Source: an uncultured Chloroflexia bacterium (lineage in GTDB: Bacteria > Chloroflexota > Dehalococcoidia > UBA2979). From it: a stretch of DNA of 64,000 nucleotides. The notes under the pieces are model-generated. The model was not told the origin of the DNA, did no database searches, and saw only the letters and a list, made by a program, of their open reading frames with translations. Shown piece by piece: positions 11,847 to 22,041 of the stretch; the stretch's first letter is position 1; every line of letters begins with the position of its first letter. Position numbers and translations under genes: made by a program. The stretch lies in the NCBI GenBank assembly GCA_963728205.1, contig CAVSIV010000006.1, positions 640,001-704,000 of the forward strand, given 5' to 3'.

Positions 11847-13466
11847 GCGCGGGACTCGCCGCCGCTCGCGCCGTGCAGCGGACCGCGCAGGCCGCCGTCA
11901 ACTGGACGCGCCGCCGCAACCCGGTCTACCGCGACACCTTCGACCGCCTCTGCCGCGACCGCCTCGAGTCGGCGGCGCAGTGGGCGATCAACGCGCGCCG
12001 GCCGGACGAGCACCTCGGCATCGCCGAGGAGCGCCCCGTGCCGGGCGAGGACATGGTCGCGCAGGCGGTCGCGGACCAGATGGCGCGCTTCCTCGAGCGC
12101 ACCTACCCGCACGGCGGCGCCGAGCGGGCGGGGAACACGAAGACCTACGGCGTGGTGCGCGCCGCGTTCGAGGTCCCGGCCGACCTGCCGCCCGACCTGC
12201 GCGTCGGCGTCTTCGCGGAGCCGCGCATCTTCCGGGCCTACGTCCGCTTCGCCGGCCCCGGCCCCGTCGTCACCGACGACATCGTGAACAACGGGATCCT
12301 CAGCGTCGGCGTGAAGCTGATGGGCGTGCCCGGCCCCAAGCTGATCGACGACGAGGTGGCGACGCAGGACTTCCTCGGCATCAGCGCGCCGACCTTCACC
12401 ACGCCGAACGTCGTCGAGAACCTCAAGCTCCAGCGCTGGCTCGGGCGCGGCGCCCCGGTCATGTACTTCCTCAACCCGCTCGACAGCCATTACCGGGACC
12501 TCGTGATGCAGGGGCTCTACGCGAAGAGCCACGCGAGCCCGCTCGAGCTGCGCTACTGGTCGACGACGCCGTACGCGTTCGGTGAGGGTCGCGCGGTGCA
12601 GTTCACGCTCGTGCCGCGCGTCCGCGGCCGCGCCCGCGTGCCGCGCCACCCCGGCCCGGACTACCTGCGCGAGGCGATGGTCGCCGCGCTCGCCGTGGGC
12701 GAGCGGGTCTTCGACTGCTACGTGCAGTTCCAGGTCGACCCGCACCGGCAGCCGATCGAGAACGCGTCGGTCGTGTGGCCCGAGCGCCTCTCGCCGTGGC
12801 GCCGCGTGGGCGTGCTGCGCATCCCGCCGCAGCGCTTCGATTCGCCCGCGCAGCTCGCGTTCGCGCACAACCTCTCGTTCAACCCGTGGCACGCGCTCGC
12901 CGAGCACCGCCCGCTCGGCAACCAGAACCGCGCGCGGCGGGTGATCTACCTCGAGACGTCGAAGCTGCGCCGCGCCCTCAACGGCGAGGCGCACGTCGAG
13001 CCGACCGGCGACGAGGTGTTCGACGCGGACGCGGCCGGGCCGCCGACACCCCCGGCGCCGACCCCACCGCCCCCACCCACAGCGGCGGCAGACACGCCGC
13101 CGACACCCCCGGCGCCGACCCCACCGCCCCCACCCACAGCGGCGGCAGACATGCCGCCGACACCCCCGGCGCCGACCCCACCGCCCCCACCCACAGCGGC
13201 GGCAGACATGCCGCCGACACCCCCGGCGCCGACCCCACCGCCCCCACCCACAGCGGCGGCAGACATGCCGCCGCACCCCCGCGCCGACCCCACCGCCCCC
13301 ACCCACAGCGGCGGCAGACATGCCGCCGACAGCAGCGGCGGCGGCCACGCCGCCGATCCCCCCGGCGGCGGCAGACAGGCCGCCGGCTTCCCCAGCGGCG
13401 GCGACCCCGCCGCCGACCCAGCGAACCGCGGCGACTCCGCCGCGCATCCAGGGAGACGACCGATGA
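11843..13466 (+). CDS. Catalase-like heme protein with a REP-derived Pro-rich tail
   Basis: RAGNTKTYG, YVRF, QDF, YWSTTPY, LSFNPWHALAEHRPLGNQNRARRVIY (proximal Tyr motif). As assembled it reads into the next gene; restoring 2 nt in the fifth repeat ends it at TGA 13464-13466. Confidence 0.82.
13039..13416 (+). repeat. Tandem 57-bp repeat array carrying the REP hairpin, inside coding sequence
   Basis: AGCGGCGGCAGAC at 13081, 13138, 13195, 13252 and 13307 (periods 57, 57, 57, 55), then degenerate copies; encodes PPTPPAPTPPPPPTAAADM. Confidence 0.92.
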
Positions 13467-15847
13467 CCATCGAGATGAACGTCGACCAGCTGCGCAACGC
13501 GCGCGAAGAGGGGCGCCGCCTGATCGACGCCGGCGACTACGCCGGCGCGATCGATGCGCTGTCCCCCGCCGCCGAGCACGACCCCGACGGCGACGTGCAC
13601 GCGCTGCTCGCGATCGCCTGCTTCATGAGCGAGCAGTACACGCGCGCCACCGAGCACTACCGGCAGGCGCTCGAGCGCCGTCCCGACGAGGCCGACTGGC
13701 GTGCCGCATACGCACTCGCCGCCGCGAACGCGGAGTCGGAGGTCGACGTCTTCGTCCCCGAGCCGCACTTCTTCACGCGCGAGGAGCTGCTGGCGCCGCC
13801 GACCCTGGCGCCCGGCACACTGCCCGAGCCGCTCCCTGCGGCGACGGTGCATCTGCCCGGGCGCATCCGGCGCTCGGTCGGCGACGCGCTCGGGGCCGTC
13901 GCCACCGCCGGCATGGACTTCATCACGCGCGCCCTCGGCGCCGTCGCCGGCTACCGCGACGAGGTGTGGACGAACTGGTACCGCCGCCGCCTCGTGTTCG
14001 CGATCCTCACCCTCGCGTACATGCGCGAGCAGCTCAACGCGCACAACCTCAAGGACGTCTATCCACCGGGATCGCTGGTCGGCTTCGTCGAGCCGGGGCT
14101 GACGCCGCCTTCCGGCGTGACGCGCTTCCGCACCGCGGACGGCTCATGGAACAACCTCGCCAACCCGCGCGAGGGCGCCGCGGGCACGCGCTTCCCGCGC
14201 AACGTCGAGAACTCGGCGATCCACGCGGAGAGCGGCGAGCAGCTCCTCACGCCCAACCCCCGCGAGGTCAGCCGCCGGCTGCTCGCGCGTGACGGCCAGC
14301 TGAAGGAGGTGCCGTTCCTCAACATGTTCGCGGCGTCGTGGATCCAGTTCGAGAACCACGACTGGATCAACCACGCGGACAACCTCACGAACGAGATCAT
14401 CGAGATTCCGCTGGCGGAGGACGACCCGGCGCGGCGGAGGTTCCGCCAGCGCGCGATCCTCGTCGGCAGGACGCAGCACGACCCCACGCGCCGGGACCAC
14501 GGCGAGACCACGCCGGTGACCTTCATCAATGAGGTCACGCACTGGTGGGACGGCTCGCAGATCTACGGCAGCGACCAGGCGACGCAGGACCACCTGCGCG
14601 CGCACGAAGGCGGGAAGCTCCGCCTCAACCCGGACGGCACGCTCCCGCTCGACCGCAGCGGCGTCGAGACGACGGGCTTCACCCGCAACTGGTGGGTCGG
14701 GCTCTCGATGCTGCACACGCTGTTCGCCCACGAGCACAACGCGATCTGCGATCGCCTCGCCGCTGCCTACCCGCGGTGGGACGACAACCGCCTGTTCAAC
14801 GTCGCGCGGCTGATCAACGCGGCGGTCATGGCGAAGATCCACTCGGTCGAATGGACGCCCGCCATCCTCCCCAACGCCGGGCTGAGCGACGGACTCAACG
14901 CGAACTGGTACGGGCTGCTCACCAACCTCTTCCGCTCCGGCGCGCACAAGCACACCGTCGCCGCGATCAACATCCGCAACCCCGAGCTGGGCGGCGTCGT
15001 CGGCAACCCGATCGACAAGCACGGCGCGTCGTTCGGCCTGACGGAGGAGTTCGTCGAGGTCTATCGCCTGCACTCGCTGCTGCCGGAGACGCTGCGGCTG
15101 CGACGGCTCGCGGATCCGGCGTCGGTGGAAGAGGTGGACTTCGCGCGCACCCGCCAGGCCGGGTCGCCGAAGGTGACGGCGCGCTACCCGCTCGCCGACC
15201 TCTACTACTCGTTCGGAAACCAGCACCCGGGCCAGCTGGTGCTGAACAACTACCCCGACTTCATGCGCGACTTCAGCATCCCGGGGAACCCCGTGTTCGA
15301 CCTCGCCGCCGTCGACATCCTGCGCGCCCGCGAGCGCGGCGTGCCGCGCTACAACGCGTTCCGCCGCCAGCTCGGCCTCAACCCAATCCGCCGCATCGAG
15401 GACCTGACGGACGACCCGGAGTCGGTCCGCCGGCTCAAGGAGGTCTACGGCGACGACGCCGGCGCGGTGGAGCGCATCGACCTGATGGTGGGTACGCTGG
15501 CGGAGACGCACCGCCCGACCGGGTTCGGCTTCGGCGAGACGCTCTTCCAGATCTTCATCCTCAACGCGACGCGCCGCCTGCAGGCGGACCGCTTCTACAC
15601 GGACGACTTCAACGAGGACACCTACACGAAGGAAGGCCTCGAGTGGATCGACCGGGCGGACCTCAAGCACGTGCTGCTGCGCAACTTCCCGGCGCTGGCG
15701 AACACGGGCCTGGCGAACGTGACGAACGCGTTCGAGCCGTGGGACACCGACGAGCGGCTCGACCCGGCGCGCCACCCGCTGCGCGCGTTCGACCGCTCAC
15801 TGCGGCCGGACCCGTGGCGGGGCGATGCCTATCGCGGAGGGCGATGA
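13463..15847 (+). CDS. TPR-like N-terminus plus peroxidase-cyclooxygenase domain, fatty-acid alpha-dioxygenase-like
   Basis: GGGAG RBS before ATG 13463; RTADGSWNNL, WIQFENHDW, THWWDGSQIYG, HEHNAICD, EEFVEVYRLHSLLP (catalytic Tyr and proximal His), RARERGVPRYNAFRR, RRLQADRFYT. Confidence 0.9.
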   Translation: MTIEMNVDQLRNAREEGRRLIDAGDYAGAIDALSPAAEHDPDGDVHALLAIACFMSEQYTRATEHYRQALERRPDEADWRAAYALAAANAESEVDVFVPEPHFFTREELLAPPTLAPGTLPEPLPAATVHLPGRIRRSVGDALGAVATAGMDFITRALGAVAGYRDEVWTNWYRRRLVFAILTLAYMREQLNAHNLKDVYPPGSLVGFVEPGLTPPSGVTRFRTADGSWNNLANPREGAAGTRFPRNVENSAIHAESGEQLLTPNPREVSRRLLARDGQLKEVPFLNMFAASWIQFENHDWINHADNLTNEIIEIPLAEDDPARRRFRQRAILVGRTQHDPTRRDHGETTPVTFINEVTHWWDGSQIYGSDQATQDHLRAHEGGKLRLNPDGTLPLDRSGVETTGFTRNWWVGLSMLHTLFAHEHNAICDRLAAAYPRWDDNRLFNVARLINAAVMAKIHSVEWTPAILPNAGLSDGLNANWYGLLTNLFRSGAHKHTVAAINIRNPELGGVVGNPIDKHGASFGLTEEFVEVYRLHSLLPETLRLRRLADPASVEEVDFARTRQAGSPKVTARYPLADLYYSFGNQHPGQLVLNNYPDFMRDFSIPGNPVFDLAAVDILRARERGVPRYNAFRRQLGLNPIRRIEDLTDDPESVRRLKEVYGDDAGAVERIDLMVGTLAETHRPTGFGFGETLFQIFILNATRRLQADRFYTDDFNEDTYTKEGLEWIDRADLKHVLLRNFPALANTGLANVTNAFEPWDTDERLDPARHPLRAFDRSLRPDPWRGDAYRGGR

Positions 15848-16074
15848 CCGGCACCGCGGGAGGGGGTTCGCCCCAAGGGGCGAGACCGGGTTGGCGGATG
15901 ACTATTGTTCGGAAATGCCGTACAATCTGGTCTCCTCTGCATGCCCTCGCGTGGGTCCGAGCTGTCGCATTGGAGTGCCGGTATGCGCTTCTCGCTACGG
16001 TCAGGTTCATCCGCATCGCTGCCTCTCCGCACCACGCGGTCGCTCGTTCGCGTCCGCGCAGGGTCGGTGCGGCG

Positions 16075-16600
16075 ATGCTGATCCTTCTGGTCGACGATGA
16101 CATCCCATACGCGGAGATGAGCGCCGCGACGCTGCGCCAGGACGGGCATCGGGTCGTGCTCGCCGCCAGCGTCGACGCCGCCTGCACGGTCCTGGCCGCC
16201 GGGACCGCCGAGTGCGTGATCGTCGATGTGATGGAGGACGGCAGCGGGCTCGCCTTCGCTCGCGCGTCGCGCGAGCGCGACGCGAACCTCCCGATCGTCT
16301 TCGTCTCCCGCACGCCGAGCGAGCACGTCCTCGTGGACGCGTACGAGGCGGGGGCCGACGATTTCGTCGCGAAGCCGTTCAACCCGGTCGAGCTGCTGCT
16401 GCGGGTGCGCGCCGTGATGCGCCGCAGCGCGGTCGGAGCCGTGCCGTAAGCGAGCACGACGGGCCCGCGGCGCACGCGGTGGCTGCCGGCGACGGCGCCA
16501 CGCATGTCGGCGACGCGGTGCGGTGGAACGGACGCGACCTCGGCGGATGGCGCGGTCCGAACCGTCCGCGGAGTCGGACACATGTACGCATGGGATGAGT
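16075..16600 (+). pseudogene. OmpR-type response regulator, damaged copy (receiver intact to TAA 16449, winged helix largely deleted)
   Basis: LLVDDD, VDVM and GADDFVAKPF present; compared with 18085-18784 it has a frameshift and lacks about 170 bp after WNGRDLG. Confidence 0.75.
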
Positions 16601-16630
16601 TCGAATGCGCCTTGGCCGGAGGAGCAACGA

Positions 16631-17341
16631 ATGCGAATCCTTGTCGTGGATCGAGATGAAGTGGCGGCGCGCGTGCTTGCGTTCGTCGCCCGCCAGCGAG
16701 GGCACACGCCGATCGTCGTGCTGGGGATCGAGGCCTTCCTCCAGGAAGCCGCCCTCCGCCCGACGGCCTGCATCCTGACGCTGCGCGAGCGAGGCGTCTC
16801 CCCGCGCGACGCGGCGCGCGCGATCCGCGCGCGCTATCCGGAGATCTGCCTGGTGGCCGCGCTGGACGGCGCGCAGGTCGGCGACGCGCTGCCCATGCTC
16901 GAGGACGGCGTGCAGGACGTGATGCGGTCCCCGTTCGATCCCCGCGAGGCGATCGTGCGTCTCGAGCTGCGCGTCCGCTCGCAGGACGTCACCGCCGCTC
17001 AGCGCGACGTCGTCGCGGTGGGCGACCTCGTCGTCGACCTGGACCGCTACGTCGCTCGCAAGAACGGCGTCCCGTTGCTGCTGACGAAGCTCGAACTGCG
17101 GCTCCTCTTCGCGCTGGCCGTGCGTCAGAACGTCGTGTCGCCAAGCGACGGACTCCGCCGATTCGCATGGGACACCTCGGACCCGCCCCTCGTCTCGTCG
17201 TTGAAGACCCACATCTCGCGTCTGCGCCTCAAGCTGGCCCAGGCCGGCGGCGCGCCGATGCGCATCGAGCCGCGCCACAGCCTCGGCTACACGCTGGTGG
17301 TTCGCACCGCGGAAGAAGTCCCCGCGGCGCCTGCGGTTTGA
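16631..17341 (+). CDS. Atypical OmpR-family regulator (pseudo-receiver plus wHTH), copy 1
   Basis: GGAGGAG RBS; MRILVVDRD, no phosphoacceptor Asp (ACILTL), SPF in place of KPF, LTKLELRLL, LKTHISRLRLKL, GY. Confidence 0.85.
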   Translation: MRILVVDRDEVAARVLAFVARQRGHTPIVVLGIEAFLQEAALRPTACILTLRERGVSPRDAARAIRARYPEICLVAALDGAQVGDALPMLEDGVQDVMRSPFDPREAIVRLELRVRSQDVTAAQRDVVAVGDLVVDLDRYVARKNGVPLLLTKLELRLLFALAVRQNVVSPSDGLRRFAWDTSDPPLVSSLKTHISRLRLKLAQAGGAPMRIEPRHSLGYTLVVRTAEEVPAAPAV

Positions 17342-17517
17342 CGCGGGGCGGTCTATTGGGCCTCCGCCCCGCGCGGTGGCCGGGACGGGCGTCGAGGCGC
17401 TGCGCCTGCGCCTCACCAGACCCCCGGGCGGCCGCGGAACGTCTTACCGCGTACATACGGCGCCCTCCGGAGGATCGGAGCAGCTCTCCCCGCCCATTCG
17501 CGACGAACCTCTTTCTC

Positions 17518-17534
17518 ATCGTGATTATCACGAT
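17518..17534. promoter_or_regulatory. Perfect palindrome ATCGTGAT-T-ATCACGAT in an AT-rich intergenic patch
   Basis: Direct reading; lies between the two duplicated regulator pairs. Confidence 0.45.
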
Positions 17535-18084
17535 AGTACGAATAAATGTGATGCGAGTGGAATGCAGTCACATGCGATGGCAATGTTGACGCTACCCGCG
17601 AACACTGGGTTCACGGATACAGTGCGGACGGTGGTCGGGACGGGAACCGACGAGCGACACCCGGCGTAGCTGCCCGTCGCGAGGTGCCGCGCGGCCTGCA
17701 TGAAGGAGGCTGGTCAGGCGAGGCCCGGATAGCCGTCGTTCGCCCCTTCGACGGACGAGACTGGAAGGACCGCCATGCGCCCGATGCGCATCGGCAGCTT
17801 CCCCGCTCGCTCCTTCGCGACGGTCCGTGACCTCCCGGCCCGACGATCGGGCCGGATACCGCGGCTGATTCGTCGGCCGCCGTCCCATACCGCTCACGAT
17901 CGCGTTCACCGGTCCGACGTGAATGTCATGCGTTCGCGCGGTTCCGTGGTGTCGCATTGGAGGCCGGTATGCATCTCCCTCTGTGTTCGGGCTCGTCCGC
18001 ACGCCCCGTGATCCGCACCACGCGTTCGTTGCTCCTTTGCGTCCGCGCGAGATCACGTTGCGTCCGCGCGGGATCACCCCGGCG

Positions 18085-18784
18085 ATGCTGATCCTCCTGG
18101 TCGACGACGACGTCCCGTACGCGGAGATGGGCGCCGCGACGCTGCGCGGCGACAGGCACCGGGTCACCATCGCCACAAGCATCCGGGTGGCGTGCCAGGT
18201 CCTCCAGACCGGGGAACCGGACTGTGTGATCGTCGATGTGATGGAGGACGGCAGCGGACTGGAGCTCGTTCGCGCGGCGCGCGCGCGCGACGCACGGCTT
18301 CCAATCGTCTTCATCTCGCGCACCGCGAACGAGGAGGTCCTGGTGCAGGCGTACGAGGCGGGGGCCGACGACTTCGTCCCGAAGCCGTTCAATCCGCGCG
18401 AGCTGCTCCTGCGTGTGCGCGCCGTGACGCGCCGCACCAGGTCCCCGCACACGACGCCGGGAGAGCGCGACGGGGTCGAGGCCCGCGCGCTGCCCGCCCG
18501 CACGGGCCCGGCGCTTGTCGGCAACGCCGTGCATTGGAACGGACTCGATCTCGGCTGCACGCCGCTGGAGGTCGAGCTGATGCGCGCGCTGATGTCGGCC
18601 GCCGGGCAGGTGGTCAGCTACGAGCAGCTGAACCACCGCCTGTGGGGGCACCAGGGGCGAGTTCGGCGGAACGCCGCTCAAGAAGTACGTCGCATCGCTC
18701 CGCCGCAAGCTCCAGGCGGCGGGGGCCGGGGACGGCGCCATCCGAACCGTCCGCGGGGTCGGATATCTGCTCGGACTGGATTAG
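18085..18784 (+). CDS. OmpR-type response regulator, with a frameshift in the G-run near 18655
   Basis: Receiver motifs VDDD, VDVM and KPF; removing one G gives GEFGGTPLKKYVASLRRKL...IRTVRGVGYLL followed by TAG. Confidence 0.82.
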
Positions 18785-18815
18785 TTCGCATGCGCCTTGG
18801 CCGGAGGAGCAACGA

Positions 18816-19526
18816 ATGCGAATTCTCATCGTCGACCGGGATGAAGTCGCGGCGCGCGTGCTCGCGTTCGTCGCGCGCCAGCGGGGCCACTCGCCGACCG
18901 TGGTGATGGGGATCGAGGCCTTCCTCCAGCAAACACCGCTCCGCCCGGACGCGTGCATCCTCACGCTGCGCGAGGGAGGGGTCGCTCCGCGCGACGCGAC
19001 CCGCGCGATCCGCGCGCGCTATCCGGCGATCTGCCTGCTGGTCGCGCTCGACCGCTCGCGGGACGACGAGGTGCTGCCCATGCTGGAGGACGGCGTGCAG
19101 GACGTGCTGCGGTCCCCCTTCGACCCGCGCGAGGCGATCGCGCGTCTCGAGCTGCGTGTCCGCTCGCAGGACGCTACCGCCGGCGACCGCGACGTCGTCG
19201 CGGTCGGCGACCTGGTGGTCGATCTCGGCACCTATGTCGCCCGCAAGAACGGCGTCCCGTTGCAGCTGACGAAGCTCGAACTGCGGCTCCTCTTCGCGCT
19301 GGCGATGCGCCAGAACGCCGTCACGAAGACCGACCAGCTCCTGGCGTTCGGATGGGACGCCGCGGAGCCACCGCTCGTCTCGTCGCTGAAGACGCACATG
19401 TCGCGTCTGCGCATCAAGCTGGCGCGAGCGGGCGGCGATCCGATGCGCATCGAGCCGCGCCACACCCTCGGCTACACCCTGGTGCGTCCGGCCGATGAGG
19501 AGGACTCCGAGGCGCCTGCGGTTTGA
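18816..19526 (+). CDS. Atypical OmpR-family regulator, copy 2
   Basis: Close paralog of 16631..17341, with the same leader and RBS. Confidence 0.85.
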   Translation: MRILIVDRDEVAARVLAFVARQRGHSPTVVMGIEAFLQQTPLRPDACILTLREGGVAPRDATRAIRARYPAICLLVALDRSRDDEVLPMLEDGVQDVLRSPFDPREAIARLELRVRSQDATAGDRDVVAVGDLVVDLGTYVARKNGVPLQLTKLELRLLFALAMRQNAVTKTDQLLAFGWDAAEPPLVSSLKTHMSRLRIKLARAGGDPMRIEPRHTLGYTLVRPADEEDSEAPAV

Positions 19527-19836
19527 AGCGGACTTCGACCACGGTCACGCAATGCCCGCAGCCCGATCGACGACGTCGCCGTACGTCGCCACGGGCACGC
19601 CCACCTCGGGACCGCCGGGTGCGCACTGGCAGTGACTGTTGCCCGGCCCTCTCGCCGTTCACCACGCGCCATCTCCACTCCGCGCCGCTGCCGGCAGCCT
19701 CATTCCCGGCCATCACACCATCGTCACCACAGCGTGACGATCGCGTCGGTCGGCGACGGCGGCGTGCGTGCCGTGCCGACGCGGCTCGGTTCCCGCGCTC
19801 GAATCAGCGGGACGGCGTGGCGAGCGATTCCTGGCT

Positions 19837-19864
19837 GTCACGCGCGCGTAACGGCGCGGTGACA
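19837..19864 (+). promoter_or_regulatory. Direct repeats GTCACG/GTAACG/GTGACA at 11-bp spacing
   Basis: Hexamers at 19837, 19848 and 19859, upstream of the zinc-ribbon gene. Confidence 0.5.
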
Positions 19865-19954
19865 GCCGTCGCCGAGTATTGCGACCACTCATCGCAGAAC
19901 GAGCCGCTGACACTGATGGCGCAGCGAATGAGCTTTCCGTACACGGAGGTTCGC

Positions 19955-20284
19955 ATGGTTCTCAAGCAGCGTCCGAGTCGGCGACCTCCTCGCACCTCAG
20001 ATCGTGCCTCAGCTCACGGGTCACCCGCTCATGCGGTTCCGTCGCCCGGCGCGCCTGCGTGCACTCACCACTGGGTGATCGAGCAGCCGGGACCCGAACC
20101 CACGAGCACGGGCCTCTGCCGCGGGTGCGGCGCGGAGCGCCAGTTTCCCACGCGGCTCTCGTGGATCCCGAGACGTGAGTTCATGCAGCAGCCGCGGGTC
20201 ACCCCCGATCTCGGCCGTCCATCGAGCCGCACGTCCTTCGGCGCCGAGCGGGTCCTGTCCGACGACGTCGGATCCGGCCAGTGA
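19955..20284 (+). CDS. Small putative zinc-ribbon protein
   Basis: GGAGG RBS; CTHHWVIE...STGLCRGCGAERQF. Confidence 0.65.
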   Translation: MVLKQRPSRRPPRTSDRASAHGSPAHAVPSPGAPACTHHWVIEQPGPEPTSTGLCRGCGAERQFPTRLSWIPRREFMQQPRVTPDLGRPSSRTSFGAERVLSDDVGSGQ

Positions 20285-20478
20285 TGACGTCCTGGCGCGC
20301 GCTGCCCCTCGCGGTCGGCGGAGCGCGGCGGCCCGCTGACGCGGTAGCCGCTCGGGGCCGCTCGCTTCGTCACCGCGAGGTGTGACGCCTCGGTGACGGC
20401 AGTCGCGGACGATTCGGGGGCGCGAAACGCCGAGGGCCCGGCGGAAGCAGTGCGCAGTGACCTCAGGGAGGAATCTGG

Positions 20479-21411
20479 ATGAATCTCTTGAAGAAGTACG
20501 CCTGGTACGGCTTCGCCGCCGTGGGAGCGGCCACAGCGGCGATCGTGCTGCTGTTCGCCGGTCCCGGCGGCACCGCTCAGGCCCTGGCGCTGAGCAACAA
20601 CCTCGAGACGACGATCTCGGTCAGCACGAACGTGGCAACCGGGTCGAACACCTTCACTACCCTCCCGGCAATCACGCTCACCTGCGGCGTGGTCGATGTC
20701 ACCGCCGGAGCCGCGAACGGGGTCTCCGGCATCACCCTCACCCTTGGTTCCGGGTGGACGTTCCTCGGTGGTGCCGCGCCGGCCATCACCTATGCCGCCT
20801 GGCCGGCCCCCGATGGGCAGGCGACCGGCACGCTCGCATCGGCCTCGACGATCACCGATGCCATCACGACCAGCTGCAGTCCCGGTAGCGTGGTGACGTT
20901 TACGGGTGTCCAGGTCAAGCCGCTCACCAGCGGCTCGGCCAGCACGACGATCTTCGCCGACATCAACACCGCGGACGTGACCGTGGCCAGGCTCACCGCC
21001 GTCGCCGCGCCGACGCCGACGCCGACCGCTACCGCCACGGCGGCGCCGACCGCTACCGCCACGGCCGCGCCGACCGCTACCGCCACGGCCGCGCCGACCG
21101 CTACCGCCACGGCCGCGCCGACCGCTACCGCCACGGCCGCGCCCACCGCTGCCCCCACGGTCGCGCCAACCGCTGCCCCCACGGCCGTGCCGACCGCTGC
21201 CCCCTCGGGTCCGCTGGCCGGCGCCCCGACCGCTACTCCGACGCCGGTTCCAACCGGCGGCGCCCCAACGCCGGCTCCGACCGGTAACGCTGGACTCGCC
21301 AATGGACCAGACGCGGGCCTGCCCCCCTGGGCAGTGGGGCTCCTCCTCTTCGCTGTGGCCGGGCTCGCGGTGACCGCGCGCCGCCTTGTTGCCGCTCGAA
21401 CGGAACGGTAA
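20479..21411 (+). CDS. Secreted/surface protein with a Thr-Ala-Pro stalk and C-terminal anchor
   Basis: Signal peptide ending AQA, beta-rich domain with 2 Cys, PTATATAA repeats, PAPTGNAGL followed by a TM helix and RR. Confidence 0.85.
   Translation: MNLLKKYAWYGFAAVGAATAAIVLLFAGPGGTAQALALSNNLETTISVSTNVATGSNTFTTLPAITLTCGVVDVTAGAANGVSGITLTLGSGWTFLGGAAPAITYAAWPAPDGQATGTLASASTITDAITTSCSPGSVVTFTGVQVKPLTSGSASTTIFADINTADVTVARLTAVAAPTPTPTATATAAPTATATAAPTATATAAPTATATAAPTATATAAPTAAPTVAPTAAPTAVPTAAPSGPLAGAPTATPTPVPTGGAPTPAPTGNAGLANGPDAGLPPWAVGLLLFAVAGLAVTARRLVAARTER
21021..21143 (+). repeat. Coding 24-bp tandem repeat x5 (PTATATAA)
   Basis: GCCGACCGCTACCGCCACGG(C/G)CGC-type units every 24 bp. Confidence 0.85.
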
Positions 21412-21660
21412 GACCGCAGGTCCGCAGTGCAGGCCGCGAGCCAGCCTGCACTGCGCCGACCCGCACCCCTTCGTCATCCCCTCGCGGCGGTCCCGACCCC
21501 CGCCGCGAGGGGATGTGTCTGCTGCGCCGACCGGGGCGGAACGTCGCAACCGGTCGTCTTGCTGCTCGACCGTCCGCTGCGCCCGTGACGAGCGAACGCG
21601 CGCGCGGCGCTCCGTCGCGTACCGTGGACGCGCGCGGCCGCTGCAGCCGGAGGTGACGGG

Positions 21661-21969
21661 ATGCCCTCGATGAAGCTCATCGCAGCGCTCATCCTCGCTG
21701 CGGTCCTCGTGGTGTTCGGTGCGCAGAACACGCAGTCCGTCACCTTTCACTTCCTGGTGTTCGAGGCGGGACCGCTGCCGGTCGTGCTCGTGGTGTTCGT
21801 CGCGGCCATCGTGGGAGCGCTTCTCGGTTGGATCGTGTCCGCGCCCGGCCGCCTCCGTGGGAGGCGTCGCCGCCGCGATCTCGAGCACCAGATCGCCGCG
21901 GCGCACGGGCAAGCCGCGCCCGCGGATGCACACGTCGACGAGCCGCCCTCACCCCCCACTGCGGAGTGA
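21661..21969 (+). CDS. LapA/DUF1049-family small membrane protein
   Basis: TM-FGAQNTQSVTFHFL-TM-basic tail; GGAGG RBS. Confidence 0.8.
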   Translation: MPSMKLIAALILAAVLVVFGAQNTQSVTFHFLVFEAGPLPVVLVVFVAAIVGALLGWIVSAPGRLRGRRRRRDLEHQIAAAHGQAAPADAHVDEPPSPPTAE

Positions 21970-22041
21970 CCCGCCACACGCGACGCAGTCGCTCGGCGCG
22001 CGGGCGGTCGCGCTCAGTGCTTCACGGTCACCCTGCACCGC

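Noticed and set aside
13039-13330. CRISPR array
   Set aside because: The whole 57-bp unit repeats, so there are no unique spacers.
17600-18050. Riboswitch or ncRNA in long intergenic regions (also 32330-32700 and 52380-52640)
   Set aside because: No recognisable consensus by eye; an Rfam/Infernal search would be needed.
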